Assembly: GCF_009914755.1 (NCBI RefSeq) | Contig: NC_060947.1 | From: the human T2T-CHM13v2.0 reference genome, Homo sapiens | Length of the DNA: 64,000 nucleotides | Direction: 5' to 3' (one strand) | Part shown: piece by piece, positions 13,233-28,834 of the stretch | Numbering within the stretch: the first letter of the stretch is position 1 | Layout: every line of letters begins with the position of its first letter | Notes under the pieces: model-generated | Seen by the model: the letters and a program-made list of their open reading frames with translations, nothing else | Told to the model about the DNA's origin: nothing | Database searches by the model: none | Made by a program: the position numbers and the translations under genes

Positions 13233-16200
13233 ACCAGTTACCTTTTATGTTAAATGTCTTTGGGCACATCATAACAACATTTTTCCTCAAAGGATTTTAA
13301 GGAACATGACAGGAAGAAAAAGTTCAATTTTTTATTTCAAGTACTCATAAACCCCATGTATTTTTTTTTTCTCTGAGGTTCGGGCTTTCTACCTTGGTAT
13401 ATAAATGTCAAGGGGATGTTAAAAGATGCAAATAAAACTTCTTGTAGAAGAAAGCTGGTTATATGCTTACCTGCCTGACTAGCCCTGTAAGCATCTTGAT
13501 GTCACTAAAACATTTAATATTATTTAAAGACACATTCCTGTTTTTGTAAGTGTAACTTACGGTCCTGTGGAGCTCAAACTGTTCATGCAACAAACAGTGC
13601 TGGAGCTTGGGTAAGGGAGAAAGCAACTCAAATAATAAAATGATTTTTCCTTCCACCCAACCATCTTTTTCTCACCCCCATATTGCTTTGGGCCTTTGGT
13701 GGAACCTTGAGAGGGATGGGGATGGAGGGAAAACAGAGATGACAGGAAAGGAGGAAGGAAGGAACATACAGATATTGTTTCTAAAAGTTTTCACAATTAC
13801 TTAGACTGAACATTTGTCTACTGGCTTCAAAGTCTACCTCTTTTTTTCCCTTTAGTTGTATTTTTCTATATGGGCTGAAGAAGCTCCTGATGCCACTGAT
13901 TCCTGCAGTCTCAGGCAGGACCAGCACCAATGCTAGAAGAAACATGTCTGACCTAAATGACCTGGGGTTAGGACATTTATTACTATGCTGTCTCATTTTG
14001 TGTCCCCAAACCACAGATGTTAAAACCATCTCTTCTGAATGATGGCTGCCTCCCTCACTTAGTGGCAAGTGCCAAGATGGCTAACATGTTTAAAAGGCAC
14101 CTACAAAGAAAGCTTAAAAGTCTTTCCTTTCCCTTATATTTCCTGGTACAGACCGTTTTCCTGAAATAGGGGCTATGCAGTGCCTAATAAAAGGCCGAAT
14201 TTACTAAGAAGTTTTTATACCCTCATAAAGTAGCCCTAGTGAAAGTCATCTAACTGGCAGGAACTGTACAGGTAACAGACGGCTAAGACCTCTACCACAC
14301 AGTCTTCTAAACTCTGGTTAATGGGCCCTAGAAGGCTGCCATCCCAGAAGTTTACTACAAAAGTTAAACTCAAGGCAAATGAATTAAAAATGGTGCCAGG
14401 CATAAACATTATCCTTCGGCATTCTTTTGCCAATGAACGATTATCACAGACAACTCTGCAGGTTTCCAGGCAGGCCAGCCAATGAAAAATGCAGAGTACT
14501 ATGCCAGTCCCAATATATATATTCCACATCCCCCAAGCCCCAAGAATGTTGCTGAGATGTAAATAATCCACAAATTATTGAAATAAACAAAGTGGTGTCC
14601 AGGAGTTTAAGCAAGGTACTTTTCCTCCTGGGTTACAACATACTATTCTAGGCCCCATGGGTGATGAGACAGAACAAAGCTTGAGAAAGTTAGCTGTTAT
14701 CTTCTTGGGGGTGGAAATACTATCTATATAAGGGCATATTACAGAGCTCAGACACTCCAGGTTAAACAGAGGAAGTTTGAAAAGGGATGCAATCAGTTTG
14801 CCGAATAAGAATGGATATTGGCAGGGTGAACTGAATTTATTCACCAAATCCTAATACAGTAAAGATAAGGACTTCTTAAAACTAAACAAAGATAAGCTTA
14901 AAACAGATTAAAATGGGTAGTGGTATGGGAAACAGCTGGTTTAAATATATGGAACTCTATATTACTCAAAACAAGAGGTGCTAATAGTTGAAAATACACA
15001 GTTTCACCAAAACAGGGTTCAATGTGATGATAAGATTTAAATCTATGATGGCTTATTGAATGGGAACAATTTCAAACCATATTCTGCTCTTCAGGAGTAG
15101 ATTACTGGAAATCACAGAAACAATACAGTTCTAATTATGGTACCCACGAAGAGTTCCCAAGAGCTCCCAAGGTTTATCTGGGATCCAACTTGCACCAAAA
15201 AAAATCACCAAATCCTATCTTCCTTCTTGTAAGTCTAAGTCAGTTAAGGGAAAAGATTATTCTCACCTGCTTTAACTTTACAATTCTCCCATTCCGTGTT
15301 CTTTAGCCACCTGGTCTCCCAAACATTTTGCAGTTCCATTTTGGAAATGCATAAACCATCTCATTTCTTTATCTCAGATAAAGTATTTTTCTCATTTTGT
15401 GTGAACTTTTCTGTTTGGTTTGACCAATAATTTCTTTAGCATTAACTGTGATGTTATCTTGGTTTTACTTCACCTCCTTTATTTCATGTAATCTTTAAAG
15501 ATTTGTCTATGTCACTGATCCCCAATCCTTCCATTTTATGCACATATATATATTTTTGCTATAGTTTCCTGTACACAACCATCCTACTTTTCCTTTTTAA
15601 GTCCTTTGACCATGATGATCCCTTCCATATTTATTGAGGACAAGCTAAGAAGAAACAGCTGTAAGCCACAGAATAAAATATTTCAGTTACACATGTCAGT
15701 AGCACTTAGGATGATGCTATGTCAGTAATAGGTTGGACAACAGACGATGTTTTTACTCTCCCCAGCATGCAGCAGGTTGCAGGAAATTGGGCCAGCCTCT
15801 CAGCAGCTCAAGTCAGACCTTTATGTATGACTTCATTATTTAGTTTGAAAGTGAATTTCTAAAAAACAGACTCACCCATAGTCAAATGTAAATATAAACA
15901 GGCTTTCCAACTCACATATAAATGAGTTATTCATCATCTTCCATTTGCAATTGCCTATACTTCTGGTTCTCTGCCATTAATTCAAAGCATCACAAAATTC
16001 ACCTTAGAATATTGATTTAGAAGGTAAAGTTTTAGGGTCTTGCTTTTAAAAGAACATGACAGATGAAGGTGGTGGCCAAGACAGAAAAAGAGAAAACAAG
16101 ATAATGTGTCAAGGACAGATTCTGGGCTATCACTGGCTAGTGGAGTGTCTCATATGAAGGGCTCATACATGAGATCATTTGATCAATGACTTTTACTTCC

Positions 16201-18619
16201 AAACATCTAGAAATGCACACTACATCATTTAACTAGAGAGTAGTGAGTTTGAAATCACAAAGCTGGTTAGCTTGATCCAACAAGATCTGAATCACTCTGG
16301 CAAAATTTTCTAATCTTAGTGTCTCATTTCCAACTGGCATCACTGGGTGGCCCACATGATATACACAGAGACGAAAGAGGAGGCAGTTTAAATTGGACAC
16401 CCTGAAGGGTTATTTTACAATGCCACATGTTGTACAAATTAATTTGAGATTTTGTTTCTTGGGTGTTGCTTTAAATTGGACACATTTTTAAATTTATTCA
16501 TATTTATTTAGTTCTAGGCAGACAGCCCTAGAACACAGCTGGCAAATGGAAATGAGAGTATTGTATCCCCCGCCTGCCTTTTCAACTTTCTCTTCCACTA
16601 TACTATTTCCTTTAAGGAATCTTTTTATTCCAGCTCAAATAGTTTTTTGGCATTCACCAAGCTCATTTTTCCTGTCTTTAAGATTTTGCTTAGACTATTA
16701 TATCTACTTACAATGGATATCCCAGTCTCTCATATTCTTTTATCAATAGCCTCCCCACCATCCAGGCTCAGCTCAAAAAGGGATAGTATGTTCATGGTTT
16801 CTTTGTCACTCAGCCTATACACTCCCTTGTGAGTAGAAATTGGATCTTATATATTAGCCCCACAGTACCTAACATAGTGCATGGTACTCTGTAGATGCTC
16901 AATAAATACCTGTGGATTGATGGAACCCATCAATCATCTGTTTCAAGATGCCTACCATAACATGAACATTCTTGAGAATCTAATTTCAGCAGATGCACTC
17001 ATTCAAAATATAGTCCCTGCTGTCTGAAAACAGTTAAGCAATAAGAACTTACACTATTATCACTATTTGATTTCAGTATAAGTGCCTTGATTAAAAAAAA
17101 TTGTCATTTCCTGAAACACTGAAAAACTGATTCATTTAGAAATATTATTAGACTATTTAGATCTTTATTACTAAAGCCATTGAGATTTACCATCTAACCC
17201 AAAGGTTGTTCAATCAACAAAAAACAACTGAAGTGAGGAACTTTAACACCACATTTTAGGCAATTACTGTAACATGATCATAATTCTTATGCAACTTTAA
17301 TTTTTGTCAAACACAACAAAATTCATATTACATAGACTCCTATTTCATTAAGATAATATGATTTGAAATAACAATGGCATTGGCCTAAAACAGAATACGG
17401 ACGCTGTTAACACTTGAAGGGCTTTCTTTTTCCCAAAGGCATATCAGGATACAATAAGAAGGCTTCCAGCAATGCACTCCTAACCCCAGAAGTAATGGTA
17501 CCTATTAAACACTTAGGAGGGTTCCCAGGGTAAGGTGATACTAAAGAAAGCACAGCCTCAAATAAGATAAAGTGTTATCTTGGCTTTCAGAATCTGAATG
17601 TTTTAATTCCAATTTATGTCCTATCTACCTGGGAATCAAGGGCAAAACAATGTTATCACATTTATTCTCTAAGGCAAAGAGCAAGAGGCCTTTAGCAGAG
17701 TCCAGACAGGGCTCCCTGGTGACCTGGAAGTTGTGAATGGGCTATCCTCAGACAAAAAAGGCCAAGATGCCCAGTTATTCTAAGAATTAAGTAAGTGCTA
17801 TGTGAAAGAAATGAAAACTACTAATGTGGTTAGTCCTTTTGACAGTATTGTTTTGTTTTTGTTTGGGGACATGGGGTAGATGTTTGTTTTACTTCCCACA
17901 CTTGGTTTGATTATGTTTCATTGGAGGAAATCACCCTTAATTGTTATATCCCATCTCATTCTGGAGTCTTGACATTAAAACTATATTTTTACCTTCATCT
18001 TCTTCCAAAAAATGAGAGTCAACAAAAGTTTCAGTCCATTTTGTAGACATTAAGGGTTACTTATGATGGTTTGAGAGCAATTTAATCCTGACAGAACTAA
18101 TCTTTTCAATGTCTTGATGCTGAACTGGAAAGACTATTACTTAATAAGGAATAATACTGTAAACCAGATTTGGTGACCAAAAAGCTACAACAAAATCACT
18201 TTAGGCTATTATTTCTCAGTTAAACATAACCTCTATAGTGGATATTTTAGATGTGAGTCAGAAAACATATTGAAGATATAAAAGAATGCCTTTGGGAAGT
18301 GAGTCCTCACTATATATCAAATTCTACACATTAGAGTTTGTAATAATAATAATAGAGGTAAATTTATTTTAAGGCCATGGTTGCATTAAGTTTTCCCTCA
18401 CAGTTAAATCACTATAGATCTGTCACCAAGTTTTACTACAACAGTGGTAAAGTGGAAAGAATATAGAACTGGCTCAGAAAACCAAAGGATAAGTAATATC
18501 ATCATGTGACCTTAGACAAGTCTTGAATCTCTCTACACCTAAACCCTTGCATCTATAAAACAAGGATAATGCCAACCATTCTCTTCTCACACCCTGCTAT
18601 TGGGACTAAACAGAAACAC

Positions 18620-19160
18620 TTCTCAAAGTGCAATTTGGAAATGCATCAAAGAATTTTTACAACTTTATACATGTTTCTGTGGCCTAGTAGTGCTGAAATT
18701 CTAAGAATTTATTCTAATAAAAGAATCAGAAATGCACCCAAATATTTATGCACCAGAATGTTAATTATAGCATGAGCTCTAATTGCAAAAGTCAGAAACA
18801 ATCTAAGATGATTAACTCAAAACAAATTACTCTATATTCATGTAACGAAGGCTATACAGCCATAAAAAAATAGGTTTTATAAAAAATTTACTGAACTAGA
18901 ATGTTCACAATAAATAGTGTTGACAGTAAATAGTGGGAAAAGCGAGTTTCAAAGCAGTACATATTACATAATGCAGACTATAATACATACACAAACACAC
19001 ACAGAAAAAAAGACTGGAGAGAAATACACCAACATATTAACCATTGAACCACTGTTATCTTTGGGGAGAATTATGAGTGACTTTTATGTTTTTTTTTAAT
19101 ATTCTGCATTTTCAAATTTTCTTTTAAAGCATATATTGAATTTAAAATCAGAAAAAAAGA
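18620..19160 (+). mobile_element. Old L1M (L1ME-like) 3' fragment (approximate ends)
   Basis: GCAATTTGGAAATGCATCAAA..TTCTAAGAATTTATTCT..ATACAGCCATAAAAA resembles a decayed L1 ORF2 end and 3'UTR. Confidence 0.6.
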
Positions 19161-19263
19161 ATTTTAACTTACTTTTTTTCTCTATTTTGAAAATTATATG
19201 AGATATTTGGAAATGTATATTTGTAAACGCTGAGATAATATTACAAGAGTTAAGATCATACTA

Positions 19264-19569
<306 letters not shown>

Positions 19570-20647
19570 TTATCTTTGTTAGAGAGGTCCAAATTCTCAC
19601 TGTCACTAGACAAAAATTAAATAATCCAAGTGTGGAGCAAAGACCAAAAAATGTGTTTCTGAAAAGAACTGTGCTGAATTAGTTTGATTCTTTTGGCCTT
19701 AATTGACTTTTCCACACCCAAAACGTGCTTCTGCTGTTTTTGTCTTTTTTGTTTTTTTACATACACTTCAGTAACTGATAGTAGGGGTCAGAGCCTGCTG
19801 CAAACTTCTTAGCTGTTTCAGCTGCACCACATCTTGGTTTTAAAAGGTGAGAAAGGATGTGCCACTATTCTGCCCAGTTAGATACACAGCTAAAATGTCC
19901 AGTTGTCTTGGGAGTCAAATAAGGGCTAAAAGAAAAGCCAGGAAGACATGGTCAAGTCAAAAAGCATCTGTTTAGTAAGTATAATAAATGAGGACGCAGC
20001 ACATGTATCTATCTCTCTCATCCTTGGCAAGGCTTCCAGTTCATCAAACAAGCTTGGAATTTATAAACTGCTAAAGAAGAGAGTAATGCTGGAAAACTGT
20101 ACAAGTCGAATGTCTGCTTGGGAAAATACAGGAACATGGTGGCATATAAGACAAATATAGGGAATCGAGATATAAAACACAGAATGTTAAAATGTGTTTG
20201 CTGGATTACTGTGGCTTTGTTGGACTACATCAGCCTCAGAGAGAAAGTGTCATAGTACATCCAGGGAGAGATTTTTAAAACTGAGGAAACCAGGGTATAC
20301 CAGTAAATTATTTACATAGGGTTAAGTCCCTTGCCTCCCCACCACCTCCGTAACCTGGGAGATAACAAAATTTACCCAAATTTCCATCCTAAGCTTTTAA
20401 GGTTTCATTCCATGTATAGAGTCCAGGTTTCCACAGAGCGCAGTTAGGGTGCTTGATGTTACCTAACATACTCCATGTGCAAAACTCAAACAACCCAGTG
20501 ACTAACTCTGTAACATCTAAATGCAAATTCTAAAATTAGTGATATTGAGAGGTGTGTCTGTCAAATGCTCAACTAAGAAAGTTGATGAATGGAAATGATA
20601 GGGACAATCCAATCAGTATATACCAAAAAAACAAGAATGCAATCCTT

Positions 20648-20943
20648 GGCTGGGTGTGGTGGCTCACACCTGTAATCCCAGCACTTAAGAAGGCTGAGGC
20701 AAGCAGATCACTTGAGGTAAGGAGTTCAAGACCAGCCTTGGCCAACATGGTGAAACCCCATCTCTACTAAAAATACAAAAATTAGCCAGGCATGGTGGTG
20801 GGTGCCTGTAATCCCAGCTACTCAGGAGGCTGAGGCAGGAGAATCATTTGAACCCAGGAGGTGGAGGCTGCAGTGAGCTGAGATTGTGCCACTGCACTAC
20901 AGCCTGGGCAACAGAGTGAGACTCCATCTCAAAAAAAAAAAAA
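20648..20943 (+). mobile_element. AluS
   Basis: Full dimer; TSD ATGCAATYCTT. Confidence 0.92.
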
Positions 20944-23660
20944 AGATGCAATTCTTATTAAAACCCTTATTAGTTTTTGAATCAGCTATTGCTACCTTGC
21001 TTCACTGAAAGGCTTTTTCTTTTTACATAGTTTAAACTGTTTAAAAGACATCATCAACCATTTCCTTTTAAGAGGATTTTTCTATACAACCCCCTAAAAC
21101 TGAATATAATGGGAAGGCAGAAAACAGAAGTCCACTAGGAGACAGCACTGTAAAAGGAAGACAAAAATCCAGTGATTCTTGTATCCCAATGTTTATGGCT
21201 ACCTATCTGAGAGAGAAAAAATAAACACAACTTTTATGAGCACAGTAGCTGACTTTGAGGTAAATGGTAATCCAACCCTCATGTGATAAAAAATCAGGTC
21301 AAGTCCTCGTGGAGAAATTAGATATCCTGAAGGAAGCCAGCAGTGAATGATCTCTTATACTTAACAGATGCTATTAAATAATTTTTCACTCACTCAACCT
21401 CAACAACATTCACTTGAACTTTCATCAACCTATTAATATGAGTTGAAAGCGAAACACTGATGTTGCTATATGACCGCAGCTACTGCCTCAGAAATGTGAA
21501 CCTACCCTGGCAAGTTACCAAACACAATGGGCCACATATTCTCTCCTACCGTTTCATAGTAAAGATCAAAGATCTAGAGGCAGCATCTTATTGTTTTCAG
21601 CTACATACACTGAAGAGATTACAACCACCACTTTGCCTATTTGAATACTGATTTTTAAAAAGACCATTCCACATTGATGTTTGTCTTGCCCACCTATTTA
21701 GCTTTGCTCATTCAATCTTCTATTTGATAACAAGGAAAAAAATCATATAATGTGATCCACCACGGTAAAAGACTGGTTGTTTCTCCAGGAAATTGTGAAT
21801 GAGATTTATCCAAAGATCAGGAAAAAAGTCAGAAAGACAATAAAAATAACACAAATTGTAACAACAGGAATGTGTTTCAGCTTTTAAAATCACTGACCAT
21901 AATGCTGAAATGAAGTTATTTAAAATAAGATGAGGCAGTAGTCTTCAAAACATCATCCTAAACTACAAAGCCTATTCTAAGATTTACCAAATAATAATAA
22001 TAATAATATCAGCTTTCCAGCTCTGTATATCTTTAATTGGTCTATATTGCTATCTTCTAAACATAGCCAGTTGTTTAGAAAAACCCAGCAAAGTTACTTG
22101 TTTACAGCAAGTAACATGCTTTTTAAAGTAATTAACCAATTTGCAATCATTTGAGAACCTCTCTGCCCTGAGATATTTCCAGAAAGCCAAGTTTGTTAAT
22201 CATTTGGTCATGCTGCAATTCAATATCAGCAGTGGAATGAAGCCTTAAACCCCTCCAAATTCTAAAATACCTTCCTGAATCCCTCATGGTATTGCAAAGG
22301 GCTTTTCCTGCTCTCACTGCGTACCCACAATCCTCATCAGTATTATGTGCACATGCACCATTTGTCGCTGACACTCATCTAGAGACACAGACAGACATGG
22401 TCCACTGGAAGACCGATTTCCAGAGAGGAGAGATACTTTAAATGAGAAAAAAATCCACCCTGCGTGCTCTAATTGACTGAGTACTGTACACAATTTGAAG
22501 GGGTGTGGGGGGAGGCAGCAAATGGATTTCAATTTACAAAGTAAAAATTAATACATGTGGCGTTTTATGTTCAAATTTAAATCATTTTCATTAAATTTAA
22601 TTTACCTAATTGTTAATGAATTAGCAAACGCATTTATCAACCAAATCACCTACTAATTGGATACTAATGAAAACTACTTAGCAGTTTGTCTTCATGTTGA
22701 TCATCATGTATGTTTCACCTTGGTGAACTACACCCCACACTTTTGGTTGGTGAAAACATGCTTTTTATTTGTCACTCTGTTACCTGAATTCTTAAAGGGT
22801 GAAGTGAAGAACTAAGTCCTTTTTTTCCCTCCCTCTAGGGTCAGGGACAATATGCTGTAAACTCTAAAGCAGCACAAAACATTTTTGTCAAAGAGCAAGG
22901 AGATCACTGAGCTCCAACAAACCAGAACTGCACAAACTTCACATGCCACTGTTTACTGACATACTAGTAAAAAACTCTTCCCCAAGTTGCTAGCTGAGGC
23001 TTCTAAAGATCTGCTGGTTTTCAATATAAAGGATGAAACAGGCTAGAAAATCTGGAGATGCTTTAGAAAGGTCTTCACAGAAGGCCAGAAGGGCCCTTCG
23101 CGCCGTGCCTCCTGCTCCCACCCTTATCCCTCCTTTTCCGTTGCTTCAAGGCAGAGGGATGTAGCCAGAGGCAGGACTTCTTCCTGTGGAATGTATGGCT
23201 AATTATGTGTGAGTCCTTAAAGCACTCTGGGCTCCTTTAGTCGGAGGACCAAGGCTTCAAATGAGGGTCTTCCCCTCCCCCACAATGATTCCAGCGATAA
23301 CAATCTTGCAATCCATTCTCTTTCCTCTATAAACACAACCTAGTGACCTGCTTCCTTTTGTAACCAGTGCCAGACCCTGAGTCGATTTTCATCTGCCACC
23401 TTTCCTAATCTCTAGCTTGACCTGAGTAGAAACTCTTTAAATCTGGACCCTGACTAAAATTGTTTCTAGGTGCTGCTGAGCAAATGGCCCTTAGGTCCTG
23501 CTTGAATTTGCCTATTTTTGCTCCTGAAAGACACTGGACCATGGATATGCTCTTTAGAAATAACCGTTTAGATGTATCATTGTTCTTTCCCCCTAAAATG
23601 AAAAACACACAATTTTGGCTTGATTTCTATTTAAATGGCCACCAGATATTTTCTACAGTT

Positions 23661-23684
23661 TGTGTGTGTGTGTGTGTGTGTGTG
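23661..23684. repeat. (TG)12 microsatellite
   Basis: Read directly. Confidence 0.9.
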
Positions 23685-24202
23685 GCTTAACCTTGAGTTG
23701 AATTAACAAGGAATTGCCCTTGTGGTACCAGTCACAGAGAGTTTACTGGAAACTTGAAGCATGCCCTTGCAACTGTGCCCCAAATCGAGAGAAAAGTTAC
23801 TCACCAACTCTATGCCTACAGGGAATTTAAAATCTGGCTCTGCCATTAACTTGTGCTGTGACTTTGAACAACTTCTGCAAAGAGGAAGGGAACGATGCAG
23901 AGAAAATGGAAAGATATCCTGGTCAGAGGCAGGAGGCACGGTGGAGGAAGATCTATCCAATCCCTTGAGAATCTTATTTCCAATCTGACTCTCAGTAGGT
24001 CAGAGAATTCCAAATAAATTGGCCCACAGCTGCTCCCACTTTCCCTTCCCCAGATGGCCTAAGGTCATATCCATCTTGTGCTCAAATAGGCCCTGCAGCC
24101 CCGGCAAAATACTTCAAACTGAGCATCATTTACTTAAAGATAGATTCTGAACTTTGCCCCAAATGCCTTCACAGTCCTCCACTCTATATTTAGAAATATA
24201 TT

Positions 24203-24220
24203 TGTGTGTGTGTGTGTGTG
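24203..24220. repeat. (TG)9 microsatellite
   Basis: Read directly. Confidence 0.85.
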
Positions 24221-25599
24221 AATGCTTATATGTGTATATAGAGCTTTTCCCTAACCACCTTTTTAACAAATTAAAAAACCTGCAAAAGGTTAAAAATACC
24301 TTTATTCTTACTATGCCTTTATTCTGGGCCTTTCAATACTTATAGATTCTGCTTCTATTGCTTTCCAATACAAGTACAGCAGAAGGTTAGAGGTATTTAC
24401 TCAGAAACACCACTGCTCTGGAATCAGCAAAATAGCCCCCTTTGTACAATTTTTTCTATACCTTTTCTGTGAGCATTTACAGTTCCCAGCTTAGCATGGC
24501 CAAACCAAAATTCTGTAGGCTTTGTAGTAGACATTTAAATAAGATTCTTAATACAACATAGTCATTTTTGCCATCCTGCCATTAAATAGAATTTTATTTG
24601 CAATATATACTGAATGCATATGGACTAAAGGACACAGAATAAAGTAGGGGAATTTAAAGTCAAGTTTTATAGAATATGGGAACTTAAGTTGAAGGATAAC
24701 AGCAAGAAAGAAGGCAATTAAGCTGAAGAAATCCTTTAAGCAACTCTATTGGGGTAGAAATTAAAAGCAGACCAGGATATGTTCTAGAATCTAGACACTC
24801 AAATTCTGAATACTATCAAGTCTACTTTAAAGTACTCATTACTGATATTCTTTCCCCAGTACTCTACCCTTCTTTTATTTGTGTTCAGTTTTAGCTTTCA
24901 TTACTTAATTCCATTTGTCCAGAAGAAATGTTATTCTTCAACACTGCAACCGTAATATACTAACTGCTTTAGATATGTGTTGCATGAATTGTTAAATCCC
25001 TTTAAACTATTAAAGTAAAGCTGTCTTCTTTTTTCTGGCTCGTTGTCAAAGATATGTTGAATGGTCTTTGAAATTTCTTTAATTATTTAGTTCCTGAAAT
25101 TATATTATATAATCCTTATGCAATTATTAACATGTGGCTTTCAACAGTAATTAGTGAGCTTTTATAATGGTTATGATGGCTCATTCATAGATGAAGTTTA
25201 TTAAGTCTATAGTCCAGAGCTCATTGAGATCCCAGAGTCAAGAAAAGTTTCTAAGGGTGATCATCTAAAGGATGAGAGAGAGACAAAGAGAACCAAATTT
25301 CAAAGTTTCATGAGCAAAAGATGTGCAGCCACTTAACTGCGTTTACCAATTGCCCTAAGAAATTTTCATTTTGGTGAGTCAAGAATTCTCCGTTATGATT
25401 ATCTATCAGTTTTCTGTGAACAAGTCGTCTCTACTTCCAGAGTCTCATTCCTCCAGACTGCAACAAGCCCCTGGGCCTTCAAGAGATTTATCAAATTGCA
25501 AGAAAAAGATAGCTAGCTCAAATATTGGATGTCTCCTTACCCAGTCATCAAAGCCAAGTCTAGCTTTAGGTGGTAATATTAACTTGTCATTGAATTAAT

Positions 25600-25760
25600 A
25601 TGATGTACAAGCAGTATACTAGAAGCTTTGCACATACTAATCTTATGTAATACTCATAGCAACCGTTTGAGATAGTTATTACTCCTTCTACTATACATAC
25701 TAGGAAATTAGGACACTGAGATTAAGTAACTTGCCCCAAATCACAAGCTGTAGAGCCCTA
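25600..25760 (-). mobile_element. MIR remnant (approximate ends)
   Basis: GAGATTAAGTAACTTGCCCCAAATCACA is the reverse-complement MIR core. Confidence 0.7.
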
Positions 25761-27229
25761 GTTTCAATGTTGTAATTGTGTATCTGTAGAGAGAACTTCA
25801 GGAATATTAACAGACCAGAATTTTCCTGAATGAAAATGATGTTATTTGTATTTAAACATACAAACGTCAAAGCTAGCATCTGGCATTCACTTGACAGTCC
25901 AATCAATGTTCAACATAAAACATACTACCAGAAAATTCACCAGAAAGTCTACCAGATATGAACTATTGATTGATTATGTTAAATTAGGAAAGTCACACGA
26001 CTAATCACAAAGTCAAAACCTTGTTCAAACCTACATTGACTAATCTCTGGTATTTTTTGTTTACTCTCAAAACATTAGTCCACCACTCTTGACTATTGCA
26101 CATTGGTCCTATTGTCAAACATTAACTAGACATTTTGGATACAAATATTTCTCCTTTGTCTATCAAGATGACATTATGACCATGGCACTAAATATTTTGC
26201 TCTTGCAAACACATGTCATTTAACCTAATTTCAAAAGATCCCCCTCTCCAAGACATTTGGCTCCATATCACCTATCTATCACTATTGGTCAGCTACTTTC
26301 TGGTAATTTTCGTAATGCTTAACCCAATGTAACAATTCACTGCAGCACTGGGTTACTTGTCATAGGATTACTACATGTAGTTTACTGGTTAGTTCCTTTT
26401 AATGAGTAAAAGAACATTCTTTTCATATGCTATCAGGGTCACACATTTAATCTTTAAAATATTATTTGGATTTCCCTTATATATGATCCTCAAGTGTCCA
26501 GAATGTAGATAACAATCAGAATATAATAAAGGAAAAGGTATCTCGGCAGCAAAAATGGGGACCTCTCTCTCCCCAACTCAAGGCCTCATTCATAACTGAA
26601 TACTTTTGTATTACCAATAGAATCCAAATAAGTTTTGTAAACTAGTTTTCAAGCCCCCAACAGATTAAAAGCAGCAAGTTAGAGGGAGAGTGGAGTGTTA
26701 TTAATAGACTTACAGTATTCTGATGAGAATTACAGAAAAAGCCACAAAGGCCTTATATTTGAAGAGGCCAAATCTATTAAGATCTAGATATGTGTTTATC
26801 ATTACAAAAGTCCAAACAAAGACTGGGAAGAAAAAATAGAAAGATCAGATGACCATAAGTAGGTATGGGTTCATGATTGCTACAGGATTTGCTGGGTTTA
26901 AATGTTGTATTTGTGCATTTTGTTTTGTAACACACCAGTAGCTCCTATGTCAGTATTTCATTATTGTAATATAAAATATTCTTAAAGTCTAGACTTAAAA
27001 TTTCGAGTTTTAGCAATTTTAACAATCCATTTTAGACAAAAAATCAAGGCAAGGAAATGTGAAATGTACTGAAGAGAAGAAAAAAGAACAGGAATTGTCT
27101 CCATTTTCCCCTTTAAATTCCCTTGCATTCCCATTAAAAGCACCAAATTTTATTGAGCTCTTACAATATACCATGAAATATGCTACACATATGGAAAGGA
27201 TTACTTTATTCAATCTTCATTCAATTATC

Positions 27230-27540
<311 letters not shown>

Positions 27541-28133
27541 TTTTAAAAAAATTCATTAGATATTGACAAATTATAATTGCATATATTTATGGGGTACAAA
27601 GTGATGTTATATGTATATACTGTAGAATGATTGAGTCAAGCTAATTAATATATCCATCACCTCAAATACTTATCATTTATTCCTCCTGTCTAACTGAAAC
27701 ATTGTACCCTTTGATTATCATCTCCCCATTCCAAGTCCCACCCCGCAGGGTCTGGTAACCAGCATTCTGCTCTCTCCTTCTATGAGTTCTGATTCCATAT
27801 ATAAGTGAGATCATGTGGTATTTTTGTCTTTCTGTATCAGGCTCATTTCACTTAGCGTAATGACCTTCGGTTTCATCCATGTTGTTGCAAATGATATAAT
27901 TTCCCTCTTCTGTGTGGCAGCATATTATTTCATTTTCTATATGTACCACATTTTCTTAATCTATTAAATCTGCTGATGGATATTTAGGTCGATTCCATAT
28001 CCTGGCTTTTGTGAATAATGCTGCAGTGAACATGCGGGTACAGCTATCTCTTCAACATACTAATATCAAATGTTTTGAATATATACTCGGAAGTAGGATT
28101 GGTGGATCATATGGTAATTCTATCTTCAGTTTT

Positions 28134-28372
<239 letters not shown>

Positions 28373-28703
28373 TAGTGTTTTCCATAATGGCTGTACTAAT
28401 TTACATTCCCACCAACAGTATATAGAAGTTTTATTTTCTCTACATCCTCAATAACACTAATCTTTCATCTTTTTGATAACAGCCATTCTGACAGATGTGA
28501 GGTGCTATCTCATTGTGATTCTACTAAGTGTTTCCCTAATGATTAGTGATGTTGAGCATTTTTTTCATATACCTGTTGGCCATTTGTATGTCTTCTTTGG
28601 AGAAATATCTATTCAGGTTATTTGCCCATTTATGAATTAATTGGGTGATCTGCTTTCTTGTTATTGAGTTGTTTGAGTTCCTCATATACTCTGGATATTA
28701 AAA

Positions 28704-28834
28704 CCCATTTATGCCTAGTGTTCCATTATTGGAATGCTAAGCTTGTGGGAGTTATTTATATCCTACTGTTCAAAGTCATTGCCAGGGCCTGATTTTTCAC
28801 AGAAAAAAATTGCAACCTCCAGCAAATATATAGG
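28704..28834 (+). mobile_element. MER85, non-autonomous piggyBac (PGBD3-derived) MITE
   Basis: TIR CCCATTTATGCCT, palindrome GTTCCATTATTGGAAT, body GTGGGAGTTATTTATATCCTACTG; TTAA at 28698-28701 and 28835-28838; L1 sequence resumes after it. Confidence 0.92.

Noticed and set aside
15885-16020. Minus-strand donor-like GGTGAG at about 15891
   Set aside because: No convincing acceptor or recognisable reading frame pairs with it
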